A stretch of DNA of 64,000 nt from Macrostomum lignano (Eukaryota), in contig NIVC01003099.1 of NCBI GenBank assembly GCA_002269645.1, positions 55,487-119,486 of the forward strand. Direction: 5' to 3'. The number at the start of each line of letters is the position of its first letter. The stretch's first letter is position 1. Of this stretch, positions 31,407 to 43,830 are shown in pieces. A program made the translations under genes and the position numbers. The notes beneath the pieces are model-generated. The model was not told the DNA's origin and made no database searches. It saw only the letters and a program-made list of their open reading frames with translations.

Positions 31407-34400
31407 TCTGTTGCTTCTGCTGCTGCTGTGGCGGCTTGGGAGACGATTTCGAATGCGTCGATGGCGGCGGATGAGGCGACAGACTCTGCGATGCGTCAGC
31501 TTCCGACAAGGAAATGTCCGGCATGTCGCCCAGAATGGCGGATGGATTCTGGTGATGATGACTGAGCAGTGAGTGATGATGTTGCTGCTGCTGCTGCTGC
31601 TGCTGCTGGATGAGCTGCAAATTTGGTATCGATAGAGTTTAGGTTGCCATGCCAAACTAGATTCGTATAAGCTTTATAACAGTAGCTATTTCTTAGAAAA
31701 TTTTAATCCTCACCTGCACAGTGGGCTGTTGGTTGTAGAGGCCCAGACTTCCAGGAGGCAGCGACAGACCGTGAGCTGCCGCTGCGGCTAGCAGAAACTC
31801 TTGCTGCTGCTGTTGCTGCTGCTGCTGCCCGGCAGTGACTGCAGGCAGACTAAAATTTGTTTAAATTTGTTTCAAAATATTTTGTTGACTTCGTTGACTT
31901 TGTCCAAACTAGTTTCCTTTCCAAGCTTAAATAATTTATTTGAAATGAAATCTGTTTTTTAAATCACCGCCTTTCCGCAACTTACTAAAGTGCAAATATC
32001 CCAATTCCAAATCTTCACTTTTCAAATATCCCTTTCCAAATCTCCTTATTCCAAATCTCCTTATTCCAAATCTCCTTATTCCAAATCTCCTTTTTCCAAA
32101 TCTCCCATTCCAAATCTCCCATTCCAAATCTTCCCATTCCAAATCTCCCCTTTCCAAATCTCCCCTTTCCAAATCTCCCCTTTCCAAATCTCCCCTTTCA
32201 AAATCTTCCCTTTCCAAATCTCCCCTTTCCAAATCTTCCCTTTCCAAATCTCCCCTTTCCAAATCTCCCCTTTCCAAATCTCCCCTTTCCAAATCTACCC
32301 AATACCGAATCTTCCCATTCCAAATCTCCTATTCCAAATCTCCCTTTTCCAAAACTCCCCAAATCTCTCCATTCCAAATCTCCCCTTTCCAAATCTCCTT
32401 AAATCTCCCCTTTTTAAATATCGTTAATAATTTTTCAAATTCTTAAACATCCGAAGAATCCCAAACTATATAACTTTATTATCACACCTTTAAAAATATG
32501 TAAAAATTCCGCAAAAGGGTCTACAGGCAAAGAAAGAGACAAGAACGGCCACTTTGTAATCGCTAAGCTGATGACTCACCTCAGCTGACTAAAGGCTGCC
32601 TGCTGCTGTTGCTGCTGCTGCTGCTGCAGAGGTGGCGCAGGCAGCGTCAGCCCAGCTGCAGCCAGCAGGCTTGCCACCTGTTGCTCCTGCTGGCTGGCCA
32701 ACGAAATCTTGCCGCCCGTAGTCAAGGCGACCGACTCGTCGCCCCCCTGACAGCAGCGGGTGGTGGCCGTCCGAAGACCCAGCCGGGGCTTCTTGGACAA
32801 ATCCTGTTGGCAATTGGAGATGAGAGTTGGGCAGAATTTCCCGTTATCAGCTTAGTCACAAAGGGGTCGAGCCAACCCCCCCCATCCCCCAAGTAGTGAT
32901 TGCGCAACTTTCCAAACCGAAAGGAAGAATCGAAAGAGGAAAGAAGGGAAACTCGAGAAGACGCGTCGCGTCAGGGAGCTCTGCATTCGCTACAGCACAA
33001 TGGTGTGCTACGTAGGAACTTCGTGGCGAATTTTAAAGAAATTTTTGGTTGGTTGTATGTACCTGTTGTGGATGCCAAGAGGCTAGAGCCGTTCTGCGAA
33101 TATATTGTTTATTAAACGTCATCATACCTAACTCAGGATTTTATTTTCACCGATTTTAGTCGCATGAATTCCTGGAGTTCCTGGTCCCGCTGTTAGTTAA
33201 TAAACCCCACTGATTCAGCCACTGATGATGCTAACAGCCTAGCTAAGAAGCTGGGTTACTAAAAGCCCGTGGTTACCAAGCCAGCGCATGTTCCCTTGAA
33301 TCCTGCGGGCCAGTCTGCCCTGTCATACACACTGGCTGACCAGAATTCTCCCCCAGGACAGGACAGGCTCAAAAAGGTAAACAGATGATGTAATAGACAG
33401 CATGATTGCCTTCATGCTGGGGGGAGAGAAGGGAAAAGATGAAAAATGGAAAATGGACGGGCAGAAAAAGACAAAGAAGGAAAACATTGCGAATTTCAAA
33501 GACTGGAAATTTGTCCCATCCTCCCAGTCAGTTGCTATGCCGAGGCGGGGGACCCTAATAGCCTAAAATGGCCCTTTATAGCTAATCCAGTTTCCAGGAA
33601 ACAATTATAAGTCTGTCTGTTAATCCACTTTCCAGGAAACAATTATAAGTCTGTCTGTTAATCCAGTTTCCGCGAAACAATTATAAGTCTGTCTGTTAAT
33701 CCAGTTTCTAGGAAACAATTATAAGTCTGTCTGTTAATCCAGTTTCTGGGAAACAATTATAAGTCTGTTTGTTAATCCAGTTTCTGGGAAACAATTATAA
33801 GTCTGTCTGTTAATCCAGTTTCTAGGAAACAATTATAAGTCTGTCTGTTAATCCAGTTTCTGGGAAACAATTATAAGTCTGTTTGTTAATCCAGTTTCTG
33901 GGAAACAATTATAAGTCTGTCTGTTAATCCAGTTTCCAAGACACAATTATAAGTCTGTCTGTTAATCCAGTTTCCAGGAAACAATTATAAGTCTGTCTGT
34001 TAATCCAGTTTCTGGGAAACAATTATAAGTCTGTCTGTTAATCCAGTTTCTGGGAAACAATTATAAGTCTGTCTGTTAATCCAGTTTCTAGGAAACAATT
34101 ATAAGTCTGTCTGTTAATCCAGTTTCTAGGAAACAATTATAAGTCTGTCTGTTAATCCAGTTTCTGGGAAACAATTATAAGTCTGTTTGTTAATCCAGTT
34201 TCTGGGAAACAATTATAAGTCTGTCTGTTAATCCAGTTTCTAGGAAACAATTATAAGTCTGTCTGTTAATCCAGTTTCTGGGAAACAATTATAAGTCTGT
34301 TTGTTAATCCAGTTTCTGGAAACAATTATAAGTCTGTCTGTTAATCCAGTTTCCAAGACACAATTATAAGTCTGTCTGTTAATCCAGTTTCCAGGAAACA

Positions 34401-37400
34401 ATTATAAGTCTGTCTGTTAATCCAGTTTCTAGGAAACAATTATAAGTCTGTCTGTTAATCCAGTTTCTAGGAAACAATTATAAGTCTGTCTGTTAATCCA
34501 GTTTCTAGGAAACAATTATAAGTCTGTCTGTTAATCCAGTTTCTGGAAACAATTATAAGTCTGTTTGTTAATCCAGTTTCTGGGAAACAATTATAAGTCT
34601 GTCTGTTAATCCAGTTTCTAGGAAACAATTATAAGTCTGTCTGTTAATCCAGTTTCTGGGAAACAATTATAAGTCTGTTTGTTAATCCAGTTTCTGGGAA
34701 ACAATTATAAGTCTGTCTGTTAATCCAGTTTCCAAGACACAATTATAAGTCTGTCTGTTAATCCAGTTTCCAGGAAACAATTATAAGTCTGTCTGTTAAT
34801 CCAGTTTCTGGGAAACAATTATAAGTCTGTCTGTTAATCCAGTTTCTGGGAAACAATTATAAGTCTGTCTGTTAATCCAGTTTCCAGGAAACAATTATAA
34901 GTCTGTCTGTTAATCCAGTTTCTAGGAAACAATTATAAGTCTGTCTGTTAATCCAGTTTCTAGGAAACAATTATAAGTCTGTCTGTTAATCCAGTTTCTA
35001 GGAAACAATTATAAGTCTGTCTGTTAATCCAGTTTCCAAGACACAATTATAAGTCTGTCTGTCTTCCTGACTAATCGGTCGGGACTCGAGCATGGGACTT
35101 AACCGGCTCAGGACTTGAAAGCAGCATCAAGATTTATCGGGAAGAAAAATTCTAACAAAAATTTCCAAATGCAAAAATTATGAATTTGTCTGCCTCAGAA
35201 TTCGTCTTTTCTCTAGGAAAGAAGAATTCAAAGATAAATAATTGCTACAAGCATCAGGTGTAGCGAGAGATTGTTTTTTTCTTTCTATAAGCCTCTGGTG
35301 CGCCAGGTGGATTTTTCGGTATTCAAAACAACACAAAAGGCTAGCTGAAAGAATCGTTTTGTTTAAAAAAGGCCGCCTTTGACGAATTGGAACAGGGTGA
35401 GACCGTGATCAATTTGTCTCCGTGTTGAGGAGACAAATTTGTCTCCGATTATTTTGCATCGCGAAAGCAGAAATTGGAAAAATTAGGATAATTGGGAAAG
35501 CATAGTCTGGAAATCTAACGTTATTTCAGAGGATTTTCAACTCTTGGGAAATTTTGAACTCTAGAGGGAATTTTAAACTATGGGGAATTTAAAACGGGGG
35601 AATTTTTAAACTGTGGTGAGTTTTGAACCATAGGGAAATTTAAATTTTTTTGCTAAATCATAAAGCCTGGGGGATTTTAAGCTGAATTTCGAAGAAAATC
35701 TCTCGCCATACCTGCAGTTCGCTCAACGGACTGTCTGGCGGCATCTCTTTGATCTTGATTGGTTTCGGCCGCGACAGATTCAACGGCGTCGCAGGGTCCC
35801 GGTTGTCGTCGTCAAGTTTTATACTGTCGGTTGCTAGGCAACTGTTGCTAAGATCACAAATTTGCTGCTGAGGACTCTGCAAGAGGTGGGTTGAGTTGAA
35901 TAGAATTATTAATAACTATATTTTTATGTACACTCTCTGTGACTTGGTGGGCTGGCATGAACCGCAAGACAACCATTCAGCCAACTTTCGTGCACAACAA
36001 GCCCCAAAGGGGTCGCGCGTTTACCGCTGCCTCATCCGCGGTTCCCACGCAAATCAGAGCCGCTCTTCCAATAGACTCTGTCCAGTAGCGGAATGCTTTC
36101 AAAGTCCCGTTGCCGATACTCCTGGTATGTTGGGCCTCTCTAATGTGTCCCCCCCAGTTCGCCTGGCGGCACCCGAGAGTCAACCATCTGCTCCGAGTCC
36201 CTGAGGCTTTTAGTAGGAGAAAGAAGAAGAAAAACTCCCAGATGAAGCGAAGCCTCCATTTCTAAAAACTCCAAGCCCCCCTCTTTCTTCTTCTTATTTC
36301 ACAATTGAGGAAAGAGCAGCACGGGAGTTGGGTTCAGTCCGAAGTAAAGCTACTTCTCGATAATCGACACAGCTGCTCCATAATCCGAGGCTCTAAGCGT
36401 CATCAGCGAAGCTGGAGGGGAGGGAGGGGGCGGCGAGCCAAAACGAAGAAGAACAAAGGGGCTGAGCTGGGAGAACTGGGCTGGGCTTTTAAATCTCGGC
36501 CGGGGGAAAATGAATTGGATGGAGAATTACGACGGCGGCTGCTGCTCGAGCGATGACGTCATAACATACGGCTCGATGGGGCAATCCAGCTATGGAGGGC
36601 CAGACAGGGCCTGGGGACATCTGCGCTAGCAGGCAGGACCGACACGCACATGTATTGAGAGAGAGAGAGAGAGAGAGAGTTCGGTATTGTAAAAATCGAA
36701 TGAAAAACTTCGAGGTCACAATGGACGGGACTGTGGGAATAAAGCGAAACGTTGATGGGAAAAGAGGGGAGGCGCGCGCGCGCATGCAGAGTCCGGAAAG
36801 GCTGGAGTATAATTAGGATGGGGAATAGGCTGCAGCCTCTCTGCACGAATGGCTTCTGCTTTGATTCTCCAAAGGTTCCGCCGTGTTGCGAGTTCGGTTT
36901 TATCAATTTCTATGCGAGATATCGCTGACATTCGCGAGTTCAATTCTTTGTAATATTCCCTTAACTATGAAACAATTTTTTGTCTTATAGAAGAAACTCC
37001 TAATTCCGACTAATTAACTATTAATTAGAAGCATCGCTGTTGATTTTACCAACTGAGTCTGGCTGAGACAGAATGGATACCCAAGTTTGGTAAATTGTTT
37101 TTTCTGCAATACAGACCCAACATGGGCTCCGTGAGTTTTTTATCCGGATTTCATGGTATAGCTAAACAAAAAATCCACTCACCAACCGAGTAAAGAAAGA
37201 CAAGGAAACGAGGACTCGAGGATAATGAGAATGATAAAAAAGTGAGCAAGCAGACGGCGCACATCGACTCAAAGCGCGAATTTTGTGAGGCTGTGAATTT
37301 ATCTAGAAAACAGCCGGGCCCAAGTGGGTGAAGCTCGCAGGTGGCTGAGGAGACACGCTGGTTGCCCCCTGTGCTTCTGGTTCAGCCTAATTCTTTGCCT

Positions 37401-40400
37401 AGGAAATTTCCACGAGAAAACACTTTGGCTCAGACTGCAGGTTGTCGGTTTGAGTTGTCAGCTACTTCTTAAGTTTATGCTAAGACTTTAACCGAATCAT
37501 GAATTGTGCTCAAGTAGAAAGACGCTTGTACATTTAATTTTCTTAGAAAGGTCTTCTTTTGGAGGCCGTTTTGTTTAGAGTTCTTGTACTAATTTTGTTA
37601 AGATAAATATACGTTCCTGACCGGCCTACAAAAGAAGGCCTTTCCAAGAAAATCAAGTGAAATTGTCTAACAATCGAAAAATACCAAAAAATAATAACGT
37701 AAACTAGGGGTCTATTTATTGTAAGGCCCATAGTTTGAAGTTTTGCACGGTTTGGATTGTGTAGGCGAAGCATGAGGGGAACAAAGATCCAGACAGTTGG
37801 CAGTATAAATGGTGAATTGGAAGATCGAGGATTAATCAATCTCCATCCCTGGGGGATGTAAATAAAAGCATTAGAAACAAGGAGACAAAGGGAAGGGGCC
37901 GGGGCTGTAACAGGCCCTGGGGCGAATTTGATTCCACTGATGGACCAGTCGGGCAGCCATAAGACTATTAATATAGATGGACAAGCTGGGCCGGCCCTGG
38001 GTCACAGCGCAAGGACGCCTAAAGCTAACGAAATTTGGACTGGAAATGAAATTTGCCTTCACATGTGAGTTTTATTTAAAATTGCCTTCAATTTTACTGT
38101 ATGGTGTGTTTTAGTCAGGACATCATATATTTTGTTCAAATGTAGAAAAAGTTTGAAGGAGGCCTTCATACAAAGGACAGTGCCCCCTCCAAGGACAGTG
38201 CCCCCTCCAAGGACAGTGCCCCCTCCAAGGACAGTGCCCCCTCCAAGGACAGTGCCCCCTCCAAGGACAGTGCCCCCTCCAAGGACAGTGCCCCCTCCAA
38301 GGACAGTGCCCCATCCAAGGATATTGTCCACTCCAAGGACAGTGCCCCCTCCAAGGACAGTGCCCCCTCCAAGGACAGTGCCCCCTCCAAGGACAGTGCC
38401 CCCTCCAAGGATATTGTCCACTCCAAGGACAGTGCCCCCTCCAAGGATATTGTCCACTCCAAGGACAGTGCCCCATCCAAGGATATTGTCCACTCCAAGG
38501 ACAGTGCCCCCTCCAAGGATATTGTCCACTCCAAGGACATTGTCCACTCCAAGGACATTGTCCACTCCAAGGACAGTGCCCCCTCCAAGGACAGTGCCCC
38601 CTCCAAGGATATTGTCCACTCCAAGGACAGTGCCCCCTCCAAGGACAGTGCCCCCTCCAAGGATATTGTCCACTCCAAGGACAGTGCCCCATCCAAGGAC
38701 AGTGCCCCATCCAAGGACAGTGCCCCATCCAAGGACAGTGCCCCCTACAAGGATATTGTCCACTCCAAGGACAGTGCCCCATCCAAGGATGTTGTCCACT
38801 CCAAGGACAGTGCCCCCTTCGAGGAAAGAGCCCCCTCCGAGGACAGTGTCAACTCCAAGGACATCCAAAGAAGGCATGGACTCCAGAAACTTGCATTTAG
38901 ATTGGAAATTTTTAATTTTTTTCTACCACTAAATATCCTTCCCCAGTCCAAGTGATTGCTTCAAGGCGTCCCTGGTGCGAGGCTCGCGTGGGAGGTTCCC
39001 AGCCACATGTGTGGGGAATCAAACCTCTGCCTCCTGGCTCTCTAGGGCTACACTTTTATGTATTTTGCTCTCTCCCTACAGCTCGAGCAGCCCAGCGCAG
39101 AGTGATTGACTGCATAAACAGAACGCCTTCAGCGGGGGCAGCTAGTCTACAAGGCAGAGATCAGACCCCATGCAGCCCTCTCTAACCCTCCAGTTAGCTG
39201 ATCCCTATTTGCTCGGCCCCTGGGGATCTGCAGGCAACAGTTTGGGAATTAATTATGCATCAGGTAGACACTGGGCGAGCTACACACGGAATCTGGAGAA
39301 TAAAAATTGAAATTGGAAGAGAAGAATGGCTCGCTCGGAGCAGTCTGCTGCATGGGCTGTCGTTAACCGCAAGCAACAGACGGATGCGCATCAGGCTTTG
39401 TCTTGGCAGGCATCGCAATTGACAGATTCGAATCCCCAAAGGGTTTTGAAGCGATCTTCCCAGCAATGGACTGTCTGCCCAGGGTCCCATTCAGTCTCCC
39501 GCATAGACAAAGGCGACCACTGCCACAGCTGGAGGGGAAAAGTCAAGACGGATATTCAAACTAAAAGCAAGATCATTTTTAAGAGAGAGCTTTGTTCCGG
39601 CTCCTCCACCGCCGCCCGATCGCAATCGCTTCTGTTGTTCGACTTTGGCGAGGACGACAAGAGCCTCGCCCAAGCCACATCGCATCTCAGGAACAAGAAT
39701 TGAAATTCGATCTCCCGTTTGGGAGCGAAGGCAAAGCGAAATTGAGATTGCACAACCCAATTCCCTCTCCCTCCTCTGCGATGCAGTTCGGCCTTCAATT
39801 CCATCCTCGAGAGCCGGGGCTCTTTGTGTCCGGAACCGGCCGCTAAACTCGCCGAGATGGAAAGGGGAACCGCGCGCCCAACTACGGGTTCTTGGAGAAG
39901 TTTGCAGAGCCGACTGGCGCGAGCTAAAATTATAGGCCGGGGCCTCCTGCAGTTTCGGAATTTCGGCTGAAGCTTTCCTGCCACCACAGATCAGGAAGGA
40001 AATGAAACGGGATTAAATTACCACGCAGTTCGGGGTAATAATACTAATAATAATATTATTATTATAAATTCTAAAGTCTATAATTACGGCCACGCGAAGT
40101 TGCATTGTGGTAAACAAGGAACAAAGAGTTATATAGACAAAGACACGCTGCCAGCAAAAGAAGAATAATGGCCGGTGTTTTCTTATAGCAGAAGAAGAAA
40201 GAGAGCAGGAGAAAGTGTCAGAGACTGGAGAATCGTAAACAAGATCTGAGCAGTTTGGGATGCAGAAATGGCAATATGAAATATTATATTACGCGAAATG
40301 GCCTGGGCCATATGCCGTCTTATTATATAATGGGGTGAGACTTGAGGCTTATCCAGAGTTTGAGCTCGAAAATTGAGCAACCAACCCCACCAGAGAGGCA

Positions 40401-42847
40401 TCCACGAGCCTGCCTTTAGTATAAGCAGCATCACACATACAGGGACTCAAAGATTCCCGAGAGATGGGAACTACAACCCCTCACCCCACCCTAAACTCCC
40501 TGAGCAGTCAATTGAAAAGCACTCAGTTATAGGGAGGGTCCATTATTACTACGCTCGTACTCAAAAAACGATTTTATATTTATTATATATAGTATTTGTG
40601 AGCCTGAACGCCGTAAAAATGAGTTACAAATCTCGGAGCTTGATTTTTGTTAAAGCATATGGTCGGTCACAGATCTATTGCTCATTCTTATCTTTAGCAG
40701 AATACGCTTGTATATATCGTTTGAAAAGGTTGAGTCACAGAGTATCTCGATGTATAGACACTATGGATAAGTTGTTCATTGTATGTGTCTGTCTATCGCT
40801 AAGTCCTCATTGTCTGTCTATGGCTCAGTGTCTCACTGTCTATGGCTCAGTGTGTCTCACTGTCTATGGCTCAGTGTCTCACTGTCTATGGCTCAGTGTC
40901 TCACTGTCTATGGCTCAGTGTGTCTCACTGTCTATGGCTCAGTGTGTCTCACTGTCTATGGCTCAGTGTGTCTCACTGTCTATGGCTCAGTGTGTCTCAC
41001 TGTCTATGGCTCAGTGTCTCACTGTCTATGGCTCAGTGTCTCACCACTGTCTATGGCTCAGTGTGTCTCACTGTCTATGGCTCAGTGTGTCTCACTGTCT
41101 ATGGCTCAGTGTGTCTCACTGTCTATGGCTCAGTGTCTCACTGTCTATGGCTCAGTGTCTCACTGTCTATGGCTCAGTGTGTCTCACTGTCTATGGCTCA
41201 GTGTCTCACTGTCTATGGCTCAGTGTCTCACTGTCTATGGCTCAGTGTGTCTCACTGTCTATGGCTCAGTGTCCCACTGTCTATGGCTCAGTGTCTCACT
41301 GTCTATGGCTCAGTGTCTGACTGTCTGTCTTTAGCTTAAGCGTCTCATTGTCTTCAAATACAATATAAGCGCAAAAAACTTTCCAACGCAATTTGCTGCA
41401 CCAACCTGCACGGAAACTTCTATATTAGTCACTCGATATGTCAGAGTCAAGTTATTATAAACGCGCAAGTTTAAAACTTCATGTACAAGACTGACAATAT
41501 ATACTATATGAAACAAGTATGCAAACTGCTTAATATATAATCATGCTTAACTTAAAAGCTTCCTGAAGCAAACAGTAGCTGCGGATAGATTCAAATTTGA
41601 TACAGCAGTGTAGCAAGAATTCGTCATGTCTGTTTACCTTCTTAATCCGGACCGCGCCTTCCTTCTGCCTTTACATGGCCATTGCACAATTCGAACAGAG
41701 CCTCTTGTGCGGTTAATAAAAACAAGCCTAGACCCACCTACAGACCTGCCTTCACCCTACCCAGTATAACTAAATTCGAAAGTTCCTCGATTGCCCCGCC
41801 GCACAAGGTATTGCAGGCTATCGTTTATGCAAAGTCTTGTCAGCACAGCCCCCCTCACCTGTTGTTTCCTAACTCGATCACATTCGCTAAGCTTGCACAA
41901 CACTCTACACTGCACAGCGTAGGTACAGCACAGGTAAGACAGGTAACCTGAGAATTCAAATTCAAATTATGGAAATTGGATGCTAAGATCTTGCAGTTCC
42001 TTGGGATCAACTTTTGGAAACTGTTTGATCCTTCTTTACAAAGAATTTAAGAATCCTTACATCGGCGAGACTTGAACACTTTGGCTGAGACAAATCAAAT
42101 CATAATTATCGAGCCAGGCCAAACTGAACCAAGAGAGTTCATTTAGAAAGTTTCAGGGACCAGCGAGCGCTTATCTAATTGTTAATTGATATTTATAGCA
42201 TCCACCGGGGGTTTTGTGAGTTTCACACCTGTGCTTAACCTATCCTCCCTCCCCCACGGCCTAACCTCCGCCTCACCTGAGCAATTTGGCAATTTCAGCT
42301 TCTAATTACTCTTAGCATCGTAAATTAGCCTTCCTTGCACATTCGCACGGAGTCATAAAGTCCCACTAATATCTGGATAGATAAGCCCAAGGCAGTAAAA
42401 ATGATCAAGCGTTGCTGATAAGATTACAAAAATAGATTAGCTCACCGCCGCTCGGCAGGTCACGTGACTTCGCAAGTTGCCCAACTGAACCAGCAGCTCG
42501 TCCAGGTAAGCCAGCTGATCGGTGGGCGCCAATTCAGCGAAGCAGGAGTCGCGCAGCCACTGCACCACCTGGCTCGGCGTGGCTGAACTTGGCAGCAGCT
42601 CACCTGAGCAGCTCGAACCGTGAGCTGTAGGCGGAGACATCGACACTCGCAGCTCGGTGGCGGCAGTTTCGGCGTCAGAGGAACTATCCGAAGATGAGGG
42701 CACCTGAGGCGGCTGATGCGGAGGCAGCAGAGCCACCTGCTGATAGGTAGCAGAATGAGCTGCTACAGGAGTTTTTGCTGTCCCGTTCGGCTTGGCAACG
42801 GTTCGGTAGAACTTGCTGGGAGCGGATGCTTTCCGTTTAGAAGTCAT
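30195..42847 (-). CDS. SoxD: SoxD-group HMG-box transcription factor (Sox5/6/13-like), about 643 aa; exons 42847-42446, 35876-35712, 32803-32580, 31849-31714, 31614-30819, 30403-30195
   Basis: HMG box [40 protein letters not shown]...[22 protein letters not shown] is diagnostic for SoxD. Also the N-terminal MTSKRK, a zipper-like [17 protein letters not shown], and the CtBP-type motif PLNLSRPK. Six GT-AG exons are phase-consistent (1932 nt). Extra exons in intron 1 cannot be excluded. Confidence 0.9.
30595..30780. repeat. Degenerate CT-rich repeat in the last SoxD intron
   Basis: Recurring CTATCACTCT(A/G)TCTGTCACTCTGC. Confidence 0.7.
32000..32410. repeat. 15-bp minisatellite in a SoxD intron
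   Basis: Unit TTCCAAATCTCCCCT. Confidence 0.85.
33580..35062. repeat. 38-bp minisatellite, about 39 copies, in SoxD intron 2
   Basis: Unit AAACAATTATAAGTCTGTCTGTTAATCCAGTTTCTGGG. Confidence 0.96.
36657..36678. repeat. (GA)n microsatellite
   Basis: About 11 GA units. Confidence 0.7.
38168..38870. repeat. 18-bp two-variant minisatellite
   Basis: CCAAGGACAGTGCCCCCT interspersed with CCAAGGATATTGTCCACT. Confidence 0.93.
40810..41330. repeat. 22/24-bp minisatellite
   Basis: Unit CTGTCTATGGCTCAGTGT(GT)CTCA. Confidence 0.93.
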
Positions 42848-43369
42848 CACAGGGCAGCAGGCCTGCATGGCAGATTGTGGGCCAGGTAATCAGTTTACTG
42901 TTCGAATCTGCAGCGCTGGAAATTTTCTTATCAAGCTAAGAAAGCCTTCTATTCTCGGATATTTGTAAGACTAAAAAAAGAGCCTGACAAAGAGGGGCCA
43001 GGGCTGGTGGGGGTGGGGGTGTCACGCGGATGGACGGAGCCAGAACTCTTTTTATAGTAGAAGCAGATGATTCGAAACAGTTCGAGAATTTTGCAGCCAA
43101 TGAGAGGCCGGCGTCGAAAAAAATGGTGCGAGGAGAGACGGGGGGAGGAGGGGGGAGAGAGGAGATGAGGAAAACTGCAACCCCACCCACCCGAACCACC
43201 CGGCAGGCGCTTGTGAATGAGGAACTAAATGTAATTAGCAAGATTTTCGCTTTGTGCGCTTTTTATTACTCCATTTCAGTTTGTTTTCTTTTCTGACAAA
43301 TTCAAAATAAGGCATTAATATATAACTCTGCTGTGCAGTGCAGACAAAATGCCTAAAATTTAGCATTGA

Positions 43370-43830
43370 GGAGCCAAAATGACCTAAGGCGCCAAAATGA
43401 GCACCTGAGGCGCCAAAATGAGGATCTAAGGCGCCAAAATGAGCACCTAAGGCGCCAAAATGAGCACCTAAGGCGCCAAAATTAGTATATAAGGCGCCAA
43501 GATGCGGATCTAAGGCGCCAAAATGAGCACCTGAGGCGCCAAAATGAGCATCTAAGGCGCCAAAATGAGCATCGAAGCGCCGAAATGAGCATCGAAGCGC
43601 CGAAATGAATGAGCACCTGAGGCGCCAAAATGAGGATCTAAGGCGTCAAAATGAGCACCTAAGGCGCCAAAATGAGCACCTGAGGCGCCAAAAGGAGCAT
43701 CTAAGGCGCCAAAATGAGCACCTGAGGTGCCCAAATGAGCACCTAAGGCGCCAAACTGAGCACCGAAGGCGCCAAAATGAGCACCTGAAGCGCTAAAGTT
43801 AGATTTTACGAAGTGCCAAGGCGCCAAAAT
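43370..43830. repeat. 21-bp minisatellite
   Basis: Unit GGCGCCAAAATGAGCACCTAA. A related shorter run lies at 59810-59970. Confidence 0.88.

Noticed and set aside
30502-31565. Plus-strand ORFs of 279 aa and shorter
   Set aside because: Antisense shadows of the SoxD HMG exon and poly-CAG tracts.
33205-33265. Hammerhead-ribozyme-like CTGATGA-GCTA...TAGC following AATAAA (Penelope-like)
   Set aside because: The required GAAA core after stem II is absent (TAAG), and no Penelope ORF is nearby. At best a dead relic.
33580-35062. CRISPR-like appearance of regular 28-38 bp repeats here and elsewhere
   Set aside because: Units are head-to-tail with no unique spacers, there are no cas genes, and the context is a eukaryotic intron.
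35977-36204. Extra SoxD exon
   Set aside because: No convincing donor/acceptor pair in a sensible frame. Exons 42446 and 35876 already join in phase 0.
39260-39987. Several overlapping ORFs in SoxD intron 1
   Set aside because: No recognisable domains or consistent splice signals.
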